64,000 nt of DNA from Octopus sinensis (Eukaryota), in the NCBI RefSeq assembly GCF_006345805.1, contig NC_043005.1:94736001-94800000 (forward strand). The letters run 5' to 3'. How positions within the stretch are numbered: the first letter of the stretch is position 1; each line of letters opens with the position of its first letter. Below, one piece after another: positions 27,576 through 39,312 of this stretch. The translations under genes and the position numbers were made by a program. The notes beneath the pieces are model-generated. The model saw only the letters and a program-made list of their open reading frames with translations. It was not told the DNA's origin and made no database searches.

Positions 27576-28289
27576 CTATAAGTACCCTAATATATTAATT
27601 ACCTTTCTTGTAGGGATAGTGGGAAAGTTGACCTCGGCAAAGTACAAACAGTAACTTGGCGGTTTTTTTTTCTACGCTCCAGACTTGTTTTTAACAGAAA
27701 ACAATCTGGTATTAGTACTGCCTCTGTCGCTAATATACACGAAAAAAAAATCTAACTTGTTAATCGCGACACAAGCGTCTGTCCTGGCACTGTCAGTCTA
27801 TATATCGCTGGAGGGGAGATGAACCGCGACAGCCTCTGACTGTCGAGTGTCTATCATCGGTATGATCGAACAAGGACGAAATCACGTAATCTAGTGATCT
27901 CAGCGGGGATTTATCTCCCCCTCCCTAACGATATAAACAAGAGTGGATTTTGCACCAAAAAGCCAATACGAGAGTCTCTCATGGCAACTACTGTAGTAAA
28001 GCTTGTTCTAACAGAACACCCACGTTGAAATGGAGATAAATCATGGAAATGTATATCTGTGTATGTCTGTGTGTTGGGAAGTGACAGTGTACCTCGGTTA
28101 TCGTATATGCCTACTTCATACATAAATAAATAGTATAAGGCAAGCCATAGTTAAGAGGTTAAGAAGTTTGCTTTGCAACCATGTAGTTTCGGTTTCAATC
28201 CCACATCAGACTTATCATGAATGCCAGAAAGTCAATTCTGGCCCACGACGATTCATTTTGAGTGAAAAAAGAAGGTGACCCATTGTTCG

Positions 28290-29200
28290 ACTTGGATACC
28301 CTTAAGAGACGTAGCCATCCATCCACATAGATCGGCCCACTATAAGAACGACGACCTGGCTATCTCCAACCAACAGGTTCCGGAAGGACTTGATAAAAAT
28401 ATTTAAGGAGTTCGGCCCGTCCATAACGGTTATCACCAACCTGACTACGGTCGATTTCTTAGAAGTAACCTTAGAACTGAGCAAAGGCAAGTATTACCCG
28501 TACAGGAAACCTAACGAGGATACTGTAAACATCCACAAGAGCTACAAACCAACCCTATGAGCAAGACCCAACATTTACTAACTCTCAACGCTTACCAATC
28601 CCCAACGCTTGATTTGCGAGTGTATACTCGCGCGCGCGAATGCACATGTGCACGCGCACACTGATATGCATGCTTACATGCAAGCGAATATGCATATGTA
28701 CATACGAGTGAATACTCATGTGTATATGTGTGTATGTGCGCATGTGTGTGCATGATACGTATGCGTGTATATTTGTATGCGTTTGCGCGTGCATATTCGT
28801 ATAAGCGTATGTGTGTGTGTGCGTGTGTATGTAGACGTGCGGATGCATGGCCATGTACAGATGTGCACGCTCGCATCAATACACACATGCACACAAAACC
28901 ATATGAGCGCATCTACACGCACATAAACTATATACTTGCACATGCCGCCCCTTCCTGCTCCCCCAACAACCGAACCGATTTCTTAATTGCCACGTGGTCA
29001 ATTTCCTGTTCACCATGCTGTATTTTCCAACTAACTGTTACCCATGTACTAACATCAAGCCACAATACCGCGTGACCTTCCTCGACCACTCGCAGTCCAC
29101 CTTTCGGAAATAACAAACAAATTCTATCCTCCAAATTCAAAATGACTGACGACTAGCATCACGCTTGAAACTCAGGAGAACCAATGAATTTGAATCAAGC
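28290..29200 (+). mobile_element. Highly decayed Penelope-like element
   Basis: FRKDLIKIFKEFG.SITVITNLTTVDFLEVTLELSKGKYYPYRKPN RT/thumb-like translation at 28370-28520; HHR-like relic at 29146-29185. Confidence 0.55.
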
Positions 29201-29351
29201 TGTTTTGATTCATACATGTAACTCTTAATAAATTTGTTGAGTGCCCTTCGTCCGTTTGTCCACACATATAAGTAGAAAGAATAGCCAAAACTCTTTGACT
29301 ACTATTTCTAAATTCGGTGTGTGGTGAGGCAAATCGTTGCTAAACCCTTAC

Positions 29352-29395
<44 letters not shown>

Positions 29396-29681
29396 TATAT
29401 ATAGAGGGCATTATACATACATGCCAGATGGCATTATACATACATGCCACACGCTAAGAGGGACAATTAGTCAATTTTGGTAGAAATGACTAATTGTCCC
29501 TCTTAGCGTGTGGCATGTATGTATAATGCCCTCTATATATAAATTAATATGTTCAATAAGAAATAATTATTTTCGAAATTTTTTCTCTTATGAGGTTTTC
29601 ACGCTATCTACCTGACAATTTCTTGTTAAGTTTTCCTTATTAAGTAGTTGTCCTTAATTGCTAAATATATATATATATATA

Positions 29682-29715
<34 letters not shown>

Positions 29716-29778
29716 GTAAAAAATGAAGTTTGAAAATGCTGCTATATTAGACAAATTTTTAATTTTTATATATACATT

Positions 29779-29830
29779 ATTTATTTAACATGTTTCGGTT
29801 CTTGAAATGACGAACCTTATCAGAAAAAAA
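29779..29830 (-). ncRNA. Hammerhead-like motif with non-canonical C3/A8 core (second copy 33669-33719)
   Basis: U-rich stem I, CUGAUAA, GGUUC/GAACC stem II, GAAA, CAUG, UU, AAAUAAA. Confidence 0.45.
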
Positions 29831-30782
29831 TTTTATATATAAAAAAGATAGTTCATGCTATCAAATATAAAAAATTCATATATAATAAAAAAATTCATAT
29901 ATAGTGAAGCGAGTCCATGCTATATGTTTAAAGAGTATGATGTAGTAGTTCATAGTGGTGATATGCATTCAATATAAAAAATTAATGTTCTTGAAAAAGC
30001 GAGGAATTCATTTTAGGTTTTACCTTGTGTTCCAATGGGAGCAACTGTGGTGACTTTTGGTTGGTGTCTGTTCGAATAGTTCTGGTGAATCTTGTGAATT
30101 GTTTGGGTTTTATATCACCTGTTAGGTGGCTAGTCCAGCGGAACGAGACGTCATCAAAGTTTTGACCAATCGTCTCGTTAGGTGGCTAGTCCAGCAGAAC
30201 GGGACGCCATCAATGTTTTGACCAATCAGAATCGGGTCTGTCCTATAGCTGTATTAGATCTGACCCATGTCTGTATCCTGTTAGGTGGCTAGTCCAGCGG
30301 AACGTGACGTCATCACTGTTTTGACCAATCATCCCGTTAGGTGGCTAGTCCAGCAGAACGAGACGTCATCAATGCTTTGGCCAATCAGAATCGGGTCTGA
30401 CCCTCAGCTGTATCGTATGTGGAAACCGACCAAGCAGGGTGACAATAGATTGCCCACTGAGGTAATACGTCATCAGTTTCTTGACGAATCAGGATTAGAT
30501 CTGCTTGTAAAGATCTTTTTATGAATTTTTTCCTTTCCCTAAGACATATTTCTGTCAGTGTGAGTGACTGTTTAAGGCAGCGGCCGTGGTGGAGTTTCGC
30601 TTCTACTTTTCGGAGGACCAATCTTTTGTTTTAATATACCTAGCCCAGGGTGTTCAAACTTGGTCTAAATTTTTTGATGAAATACAGTTCTTTATTTTGG
30701 CGTTGCGTGAAGGTTACGCTGTCACTGAATTTATAAAGCGGGTAAGTTGTAAATTTCGGATTTACATTTCCAGCACATCTAT

Positions 30783-32902
30783 CTATGTGTTCGCTGACCG
30801 GTATTTTCGGTATTCAGGGTTTCTAATTTGTGATTTATGCACCGCCATCCTGTTACGTAAGCTATTTTTTGTATGGCCTATATACTGCCTATTGCAGCCT
30901 GCGCATGTTATGACGTAAATTAAGTTTTCTGATGCGCAGGTGAAGTTTGCTCTAATGGTGAACTGATGGCCTTGTTCTAGTATAAATTCTGAACCTTCTA
31001 TCAAGATGACACAGATTCCGCAGTTGGCCTTCCACATTTTCTAACTGCTGGTTTTGTGGTTGATGTTGAGTGCAGTTTAGCTTGGGTTAAAATCCTTTTC
31101 AAGGATTTTGGTTGCCGTTTACTTTTAATGATGGTGTGTGTTTCGAGGATCCGGTTCATCTTTGGGTCTCCCTTTAGTAGGGCTGTGCTTTGTAGTATGG
31201 TGCTGAAGGCCTCATTGTTGAGTGGGTTGTGTGTAGAGATGTAGGGAAGGGTTTTTAATTGTTCTTTCTTTTTTGGTTTTGTTTGTCTCAGGTCTTCTAT
31301 ACTTAATTTGAGTGCCCTTTGGATTGCACTGTCTATTAGGGGCTGTAGATAGTTTCTATTTGTGAGTGTGGTTCTAAGTTCCTGGAGACGTGTGTGTCGG
31401 GTGTTTGTGTCTGATATTATGGTGCAGATCCTTCTAGCTAAACAAAAAGGGACATTTATTCTAGTGTGTCGTGGGTGGCATGAATCAAAGGGTAGGTATT
31501 GTTTGGAGTCTGTCGGTTTATAGTAGATATCTGTCTCAATTTTGTTGCCGGTTTTCTTAATGAGGATGTCTAAAAATGGTAATTCTTCGTGAATTGTATA
31601 TTATCATTTATTCCATTTAATAGTATTTTAAATTCCTCAAGTTTCTCTATACGTTTGTCCCAGATGATGAAACAGTCATCGAGGTATCTTTTCCAGTTGT
31701 TCTGGATATAGGTGGAGAAGGTGTTTCCAAATTTCTTGAGTGTTATCCGGTAGAGTATTTTCTCGAGGTATCCCATCACTAGGTTGGCAAAAGATGGTGC
31801 AGTACGCGTGCCCATCGCTGTTCCCGATCTTTGTCTGTAGAAATTATTGTCAAAAATAAAGTAATTGTTTTCTAAAATAAATCTAAGTCCTTCTATTATA
31901 AGGTCTTTGTTTATGCGAGTTGGGAGTTCAAAGGGGTAGTTATTCAGCCAGAAGGTGATCGCTTCTATTCCTAGGTTGTGAGGGATGTTAGAATAAAGAT
32001 TAACTACGTCGAATGATACTAGAAGGGTTTTCTCATTGACTGTTTTATGGAGGTGGTTGAGCATATCTATATCGTCTCTTACGTAGCTTTTGATGTGTTT
32101 TAGGAAAGGTTTAAGAAGTGTGTCTAAGAAATTGCTGAGTCTCACATGCTGGCCCTGCTATTATCGGTCTAAGTTTAAGATCGTTTGGTGAAGGGATTTT
32201 GATGAGTATATCGGTAGATGTTTTGCATGTTTCTCTAATTATTTGGCTTTTGTGTACTTTAGGGATACCATAGAACAAACTCGATTTGCATTTGAAGTTA
32301 GTGATGTATTCATACTCCTTGTCCGTGAGTCCTTCTCGGTATGTGTTGATTAATGTCCTAATGTTATGCATTATTTTTTGCTGATTATACTGTTGGGCCC
32401 TTTCATAATACGTTTCATCTCTTAATAGGGATAGCACTAAATTTTTATAATCGTTTGTATTCATCACTACTATCGCGTTGCCCTTATCTGCCTCCTTAAT
32501 TGTTATTGCTTTGTCTTCTCTTAGTTTGATGAGGTCGTTCCATTCTCTTTTGTTAAAGTTAGGGCTGTGTTTTTGTTTCTTGATGAATTGAAACGGGAAA
32601 TTAGTTATGTAGTCACAATAGCTGTCTAAGGCTTTATTCTTTCCATTGGTGGGGGTGTAATTGCTCTTGTTTCTAGCTATTGAATCCTCATCTATTTGTT
32701 TGTCTTGAAATTCCTCGGTGAGTCTTAGTTTCCTGCAAAATTCCGAAATATCATCTTTCATTTCATAGTAATTAGAACGTTGTGGGGTTGGTGTAAATTT
32801 AAGTCCTTTGGAGAGTATGCTTATTTCGTTAGGTGTAAGTTCTTTGTTTGAGAGATTGATTATCTTAATTACCTGAGGTTTCTTTTGTTTGTCCTTTGCC
32901 AT
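30783..32902 (-). pseudogene. PLE polyprotein (RT plus GIY-YIG endonuclease), frameshifted
   Basis: IINLSNKEL..SKGLKFTP, ADKGNAIVVM, FYGIPKVHK, LRPII, SFDVVNLYSNIP, GTAMG, WKRYLDDCF; CASENLIYVITC..YIGHT..LRNR. Confidence 0.9.
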
Positions 32903-34057
32903 TGTGTGTCCCTGTTCCTGTGTGTAAGGTCTAAAAAATGGTTGGTGTAGTTATGTTCAAAACTACTATTTATCTGTCTCATGTTGTTATAATTGTCAGA
33001 GTGAGTTTGTGGTGCTCTGTTCTGAAGTGTGTTGTTGTACCTAGTGTTCCGTCTTAGTTCATCAGGTATATTGTGTTGGTAGTTGTTTCCTCCGTAGTGC
33101 ATTTGTTGTTTGTTAGGTTTGTATGGTTGGTTCCTGGGGTGGATGTTTGGTAGTAGAGTTTTAGTTTGGTTATGTGGATTGTATTTCATAGTATTGTATG
33201 TTGTAGCCCTTAGGTTCGTGAAATGGTGTGGTGGGCCCCTGTAAGTGTTTTGGGGTTGGTGTAGGTAGTGTGGGGTGCATTTTAAATGTATTTTTCTGGT
33301 GTAGAGTGTGTTTGGATTTCTTGGTGGTTGTTCTGTTCTGTTGGTATATCTATTTTCGAACTGGTGTGGTGGGCCTCTGTAGGTGTTTTGGGGTTGGTGT
33401 GTTTGGATTTCTTGGTGGTTGTTCTGTTCTGTTGGTATATCTATTTTCGAACTGGTGTGGTGGGCCTCTGTAGGTGTTTTGGGGTTATTCTGATTTTGTA
33501 TCATTTTCCAAAAAGCGAATTTTCTGTTTCGCTGTAGTGTTCTCCATTGGGGGAGGGCTTGGTTCTTTATTTGTAATGTTGAAGTTGTACGAGTGGGTAT
33601 ATATTTGTAAAAAATGAAGTTTGAAAATGCTGCTATATTAGACAAATTTTTAATTTTTATATATACATTATTTATTTAACATGTTTCGGTTCTTGAAATG
33701 ACGAACCTTATCGGAAAAATTTTTTATATATAAAAAAGATAGTTCATGCTATCAAATATAAAAAATTCATATATAATAAAAAAAAATTCATATATAGTGA
33801 AGCGAGTCCATGCTATATGTTTAAAGAGTATGATGTAGTAGTTCATAGTGGTGATATGCATTCAATATAAAAAATTAATGTTCTTGAAAAAGCGAGGAAT
33901 TAATTTTAGGTTTTACCTTGTGTTCCATTGGGAGCAACTGTGATGACTTTTTGTTGGTGTCTGTTCGAATAGTCCTGATGAATCTTGTGAATTGTTTGGG
34001 TTTTATATCACCTGTTAGGTGATATAACAATTGCAGCGTGGAAGGTGTTTGTGATAT

Positions 34058-34319
34058 AACAATTGCAGCGTGGAAGGTGTTTGTAAGCCATTTAAGAAAC
34101 ACACAAAAGCCGTTCGATTCACTTCAAAATTTAAGTTTAATTTGTCAAAATATTTTCGTCGCTAAAATCCGCGACCTGTTCACTGACAAAAATCCGTGCT
34201 GCATCTGGATTTTAGTGACGAAAATATTTTGACAAATTAAACTTAAATGTTGAAGTGAATCGAACGGCTTTTGTGTGTTTCTTAAATGGCTTACAAACAC
34301 CTTCCACGCTGCAATTGTT
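34058..34319. mobile_element. Palindromic non-autonomous element, 113-bp arms
   Basis: 34058-34170 vs 34207-34319 reverse complements (2 mismatches); 32-bp tandem duplication at left edge. Confidence 0.85.
34141..34190 (-). ncRNA. Hammerhead ribozyme motif, G3-C8 variant
   Basis: UUUGUCA-GUGAACA-G-GUCGC-loop-GCGAC-GAAA-AUAU-UU-UGACAAA. Confidence 0.55.
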
Positions 34320-34374
34320 TTCGTTTCAGCACACGATCTCAGATCAAATTACTTGCTATGCGAGTACATCTCCA

Positions 34375-34443
<69 letters not shown>

Positions 34444-34663
34444 GATATATATATATATATATATGTAGTATAGTATAGTATAGTATAGTATAGTATAGGA
34501 CCATCAGTAGGTTGTCATAATAGAGTTTCAAATGCCGGAGCTAAAGGCTTCGGGCCTTTTTCATCGGCTATTTTTGACGAAAGACGCTATGAAAAAAAAT
34601 ACGTTGAATATCAGGGAGGTTACTCTAATATCATGAAAAATATAAAAGATATAAGATATAAAA

Positions 34664-34710
<47 letters not shown>

Positions 34711-34722
34711 CAACATACACAC

Positions 34723-34755
<33 letters not shown>

Positions 34756-34767
34756 CAACATACACAC

Positions 34768-34810
<43 letters not shown>

Positions 34811-34929
34811 ATGATGGAAATATGTTTTAAGAACTATAGTAAGTTGGTAAGGCTGAGTTTAAGTAGCGGGTGTTTAGGCGCTTTGTCCCCTATCCTCCGA
34901 CTCCCTAGTACTATATTTCTACTGACTAG

Positions 34930-35553
34930 CAGTGGTTCCCAACCTGGGATCCTCGGAGCCCTGGTGGTATGCAAAAGTAGTACTGAGTGTCCTTGAACTA
35001 AATTCAAAATTTCATACATTTATATATAAGTTCAGTAAAATTTAGATTCAGTTGAATACGGTACTTAAGTTAAAGGCACCAAAATTGTGTATGGTATTAT
35101 CCATATAATTCAAAATGGGGTGATTACAATCAAAATAAGCAACAAGGATATCCAGAGGTAATGCAGTACGATCGTTTCATGCGACTCCATTTAATTGAAC
35201 AATGAAAATATTACAGCAATTTTTAAATGTAGAACTGTCTTCAGCTGCATAAAATTATAGAATTTAGTTAAATTCAAAGGATTCATTTGTATAGTTTTCT
35301 TATTATCCAAAATCACAAAAAGGATAAGTATATAGACAAAGAACATGTTTCATCAACAACATCATAGTTGTAACTTCAGTTGTAAATCCTTCGGATTTAA
35401 CTAAATTCTATATTTTTATGCAGCTGAAGATTGCTCTATATTTAAAAATTGATGTAATATTTGCATTGTTCAATTAAATAGAATTGCATGAAGCGGTCGT
35501 ATTGCATTACCTCTGGACATCCTTGTTGCTTATTTTGATGATATATATGTATG

Positions 35554-35636
<83 letters not shown>

Positions 35637-35699
35637 ATATATATAAGACGAGCATGTCTGTGGCAAAATTCATTTAAATAAAAGGGGCGGGAACCACTG
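34930..35699. mobile_element. Possible hAT-type MITE hosting a nested palindromic element (35131-35537)
   Basis: Terminal CAGTGGTTCCC / GGGAACCACTG; no 8-bp TSD found. Confidence 0.4.
35161..35250 (-). ncRNA. Hammerhead motif with long, degenerate stem II
   Basis: AUGCAG-CUGAAGA-59 nt-GAAA-CGAUCG-UA-CUGCAU; base of stem II unpaired. Confidence 0.45.
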
Positions 35700-36111
35700 C
35701 GAAAATGTAGGACCTGCTAGACTAGAACAAAATTTGAAGATATAAATACGATACAACACTATTTGCTCATGCTCTGCTTTCTCCACAAGATGGCGAAATT
35801 ACCGTGTATTATCATCGCTTACTATAGCTTAGAAATAGTTATTTGACAATGAGTTATTACAACTTTATAATAATATGGAGAAGACATATGGCTTCTTGTG
35901 ATTGTAGACTAGAGGTCATTCTACAGCGTGATAGATTCAAGAGATATGTTGAGTCAAGGGGAATAGCAGATAGTATTAATTGATTCTTGGTCATCTGTAT
36001 GTTCAGTAGATAGATTTATGTGATGTAGTTGTGTGTGTGTCTGTATGTGTTTCTATGGTTTTGTGCGGTTTATGTATGTATGCATGTATGTATGCGTGTA
36101 TGTATGTATCA

Positions 36112-36213
<102 letters not shown>

Positions 36214-36214
36214 A

Positions 36215-36245
<31 letters not shown>

Positions 36246-36259
36246 GTATGTGTGTGTAT

Positions 36260-37625
36260 GCAATGGGTTGAGCGAGGAATTCGAGAAGCTCAGAACATCT
36301 GGTGGCAGAGGAAAGCAAAGGAGATGCAAAACCATGCGGACCAACTTTTATGCCGCAACCAAGTTCTTCGGCCTCACAAAGTCATCAGTGGGCGGCCTGA
36401 AGAACGCAGCTAGCTCTACGATAACCGATACCCAAGAAATCCTCGATCGCTGAAAGTCCCATTTCGAGTGCCTACTTAACGACCACTCACGCACTCCTGA
36501 CGATCTACTCCAAAACACCCCACATCTCCCCATCCGCCATTGGATGTCCCTGCCACCCTCATGCCATGAGTTCAACAAGGTACTTGCACGCATGAAACCG
36601 GGGAAATCTCCAGGACCAAACAACATCCCGTTTGAGTTTTTCTCGTACGGCGGTCTGAGCTGATAAATCCTCAAGATCTGGGGAACGAAGATTCCCCCGA
36701 ACGACTTCCGCGATGCAACTACCATCACCATCTACAAGAAGGGAGATCGAGAGGATTGCAACAACTATCGGAGTATCTAACTCCTGAGTATTGCACGTAA
36801 GATCTTCGCCCGTATCCTTCTCAATAGCCTCCTCATCCTTGCGGAAGACGTCCACCCTGAGTCCCAGTGTGGTTTTCGACCTTCTCGAGGCACAATCGAC
36901 TTGATCTTTTGTGCCAGTCAACTCCAGGAGAAATGTCACGAACAACAACTGACTGCAATATTCATCTTCTGGGATCTAAAGAAAGCCCTTGACAAAGTCC
37001 CTCATCCTACAATGTGAGCCGTCCTTTCCCGGTTTGGATGTCCGGAGGACTTCATTGCCCGCTCCCGATAGGGTATACCATCAAAATGCCCTCACAGATC
37101 CGTTTCTCATCACTGGGGGTCTTAAGCAAAGATGCGTCCTGGCACCAACCTGTTTCTCTTTGTACATGGCCGCCATTTTCAACGAAGTCCCACTAGACTC
37201 GCTTTCCATCAACATGCGCTATTGCTTGGATGCCGAACTCTTCAATCTCGCACGTCTCCGTGTAAATAAGAGGACTTCCACCATCTCAGTCCGTGAGATG
37301 CAGTATGCCGATGACATTGCCACACCGAGCCGGACCGTAGATTGTCTACAAAGGATGACTGATCTTAACAACGCGACTTACGAATGTTTCGGGATCCAGG
37401 TAAACACACTGAAGACCAAGACACAGATCCAACCTGCGCCAGGCCAGAACAGCCCACTCACAAACATTAGCATCAACGGCCAAACCCTAGAAGAAGCAGA
37501 ACACTTCATATACCTTGGAAGTATCCTTTCGAAGACGCTCCACGCGTGAAAAGGGCGTGGAGAACCGGATTGGAGTGGCCCAGTCCGCCTTCGGCAGACG
37601 CAGCCAACGTATATTCTTCAATTTC
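36260..37625 (+). mobile_element. Decayed RTE-clade LINE (RT fragment)
   Basis: GKSPGPNNIP, KKGDREDCNNYR, SQCGFRP, QYADD, HFIYLGS with stops. Confidence 0.85.
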
Positions 37626-39312
37626 GATATAAGCCGCCAATAAACATTGACAAGAATGACGCAAAAAGAAAAAAAGTTTGACAAATACGTTAATAGTTTA
37701 ACGGTCTTGGAGCTAAAAAGAGTGTTGAATCTGCTAAACTAGTGCATCGTCAGAAAGGTGAAGAGAAACAAAGAGTGGGTGGAAGAAAGAGAATTGTTGA
37801 GTGTGTAAAAAATTAAATTACAAAATTTAAAAAGATTTAAAGCAGTAAAATACATATAGAACACCTTCTCATCATAGATTATCGGCTCATTTACCTTCGA
37901 ATATTATCACTGTCTTTTCGAATTCTAGGCTTCCAGGCTGCAAAACATAAGCTCACTCAAGGTGCTTTTATGCGGTAGATCCATCTGCTAGAAATAGCAG
38001 ACAAATCTCCCTGAAATCAGACCAAGTTGTCGCAACAAGAAAAAAAAAAAGAAAGAAGGAAAGAAAGAGAGTAAAACAAGAGAGTGTTTGAGATAATGTA
38101 GTAATACCATACCTGAAAAATAAAAGACTTTGTCGTGGTTGGGTGGTTTTTGACCAGATTTCTGCATGATCAAAGCTGTTATGTGACTAAACAATAACAG
38201 TAATAAAATAGATCCAACTCCCTAATGAAAATGTTTACGTCAAGACCTCCACTTCGTGTTATACTGAACAGTTGACGGTATTAAAAAATTAAACAGAACT
38301 GGGAAAGAAAACTAAGATGCATGAGATCAAATATTTTTTTCATAATTCAATTTGCCACGGATACACTGTGTGCCATTAAAATATCTGGTACTTAGCTCCG
38401 AATTTATGACATTAAGTAGCTGATAAATAAAACTTTCCCTGAAGTGGACGTTGGTCTATTTTGAAAATAACATCCTCAGAATATCTGGTAACAAGCCTAA
38501 ACGTAAAATGAGACGAGTATAATGATGTATTTCCAAACACACTCAGAGAAACTCTTCCTGTGGCTGAGTAATCCAATACAATATATTTACTTGCTTATTT
38601 CGCCCTTCCTAATGAAATACAAAGGGAAAGTAGATAACCAAACACTTCTACAACCCATTTTAACCAGTTAGAGATCAAAAAGCATCGTAACAGGATTTTA
38701 TTTCAAAGACAACTCGTTAAGATATCTTGTCAAGATAGAATAACATCGTATCAGTCATCGATGCAGCAAATCCTATATAACTAGATTCATATCAAATCAT
38801 GTGATTACAGCTTTACCCTTTTCTAGATTCGTTCGATTCTGTTGATTCATATATTTTCACGCAATTTATCACGTGGTGCATAGTAGAGAAGTCAAACACA
38901 ATGCTGAATGGTTGGATGTCGAATGTTTATACGATTCATTCAACATATTTACCAAGTGAAACACAAACAAACTAAAAGGACAAATAAGCAGTCAAACTAT
39001 CCAGCCGAGAGGAAGACATATTTGTTTCGTTTCGTTTTTGCTTTTTATTTTCTCGTTTTGTTTTCTCTTTATTTGCTGCTAAACTAAACTCTATGAAACT
39101 AGTCAGTTCTTCCTCATGTGAAAATGTTGAAACAATGGAATGTGATAGATAAACAACCACTTGGAATCAATAAAGGATGCTTGATATAACACTAGCTTCT
39201 GCATTGCAGTACATGTCATTGATATGTGTGTGTATGTGTGTGACTATGTATGTATGTATGTATGTATGCACGTATGCATGTCCGTATGTATGTTTATACG
39301 TTTGAATGCATA

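Larger units (their letters stand above)
29714..34021 (-). mobile_element. Near full-length Penelope-like element with direct pseudo-LTRs
   Basis: Direct repeats 29714-30128 and 33605-34021 (~415 bp) enclose frameshifted RT and GIY-YIG ORFs. Confidence 0.92.
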
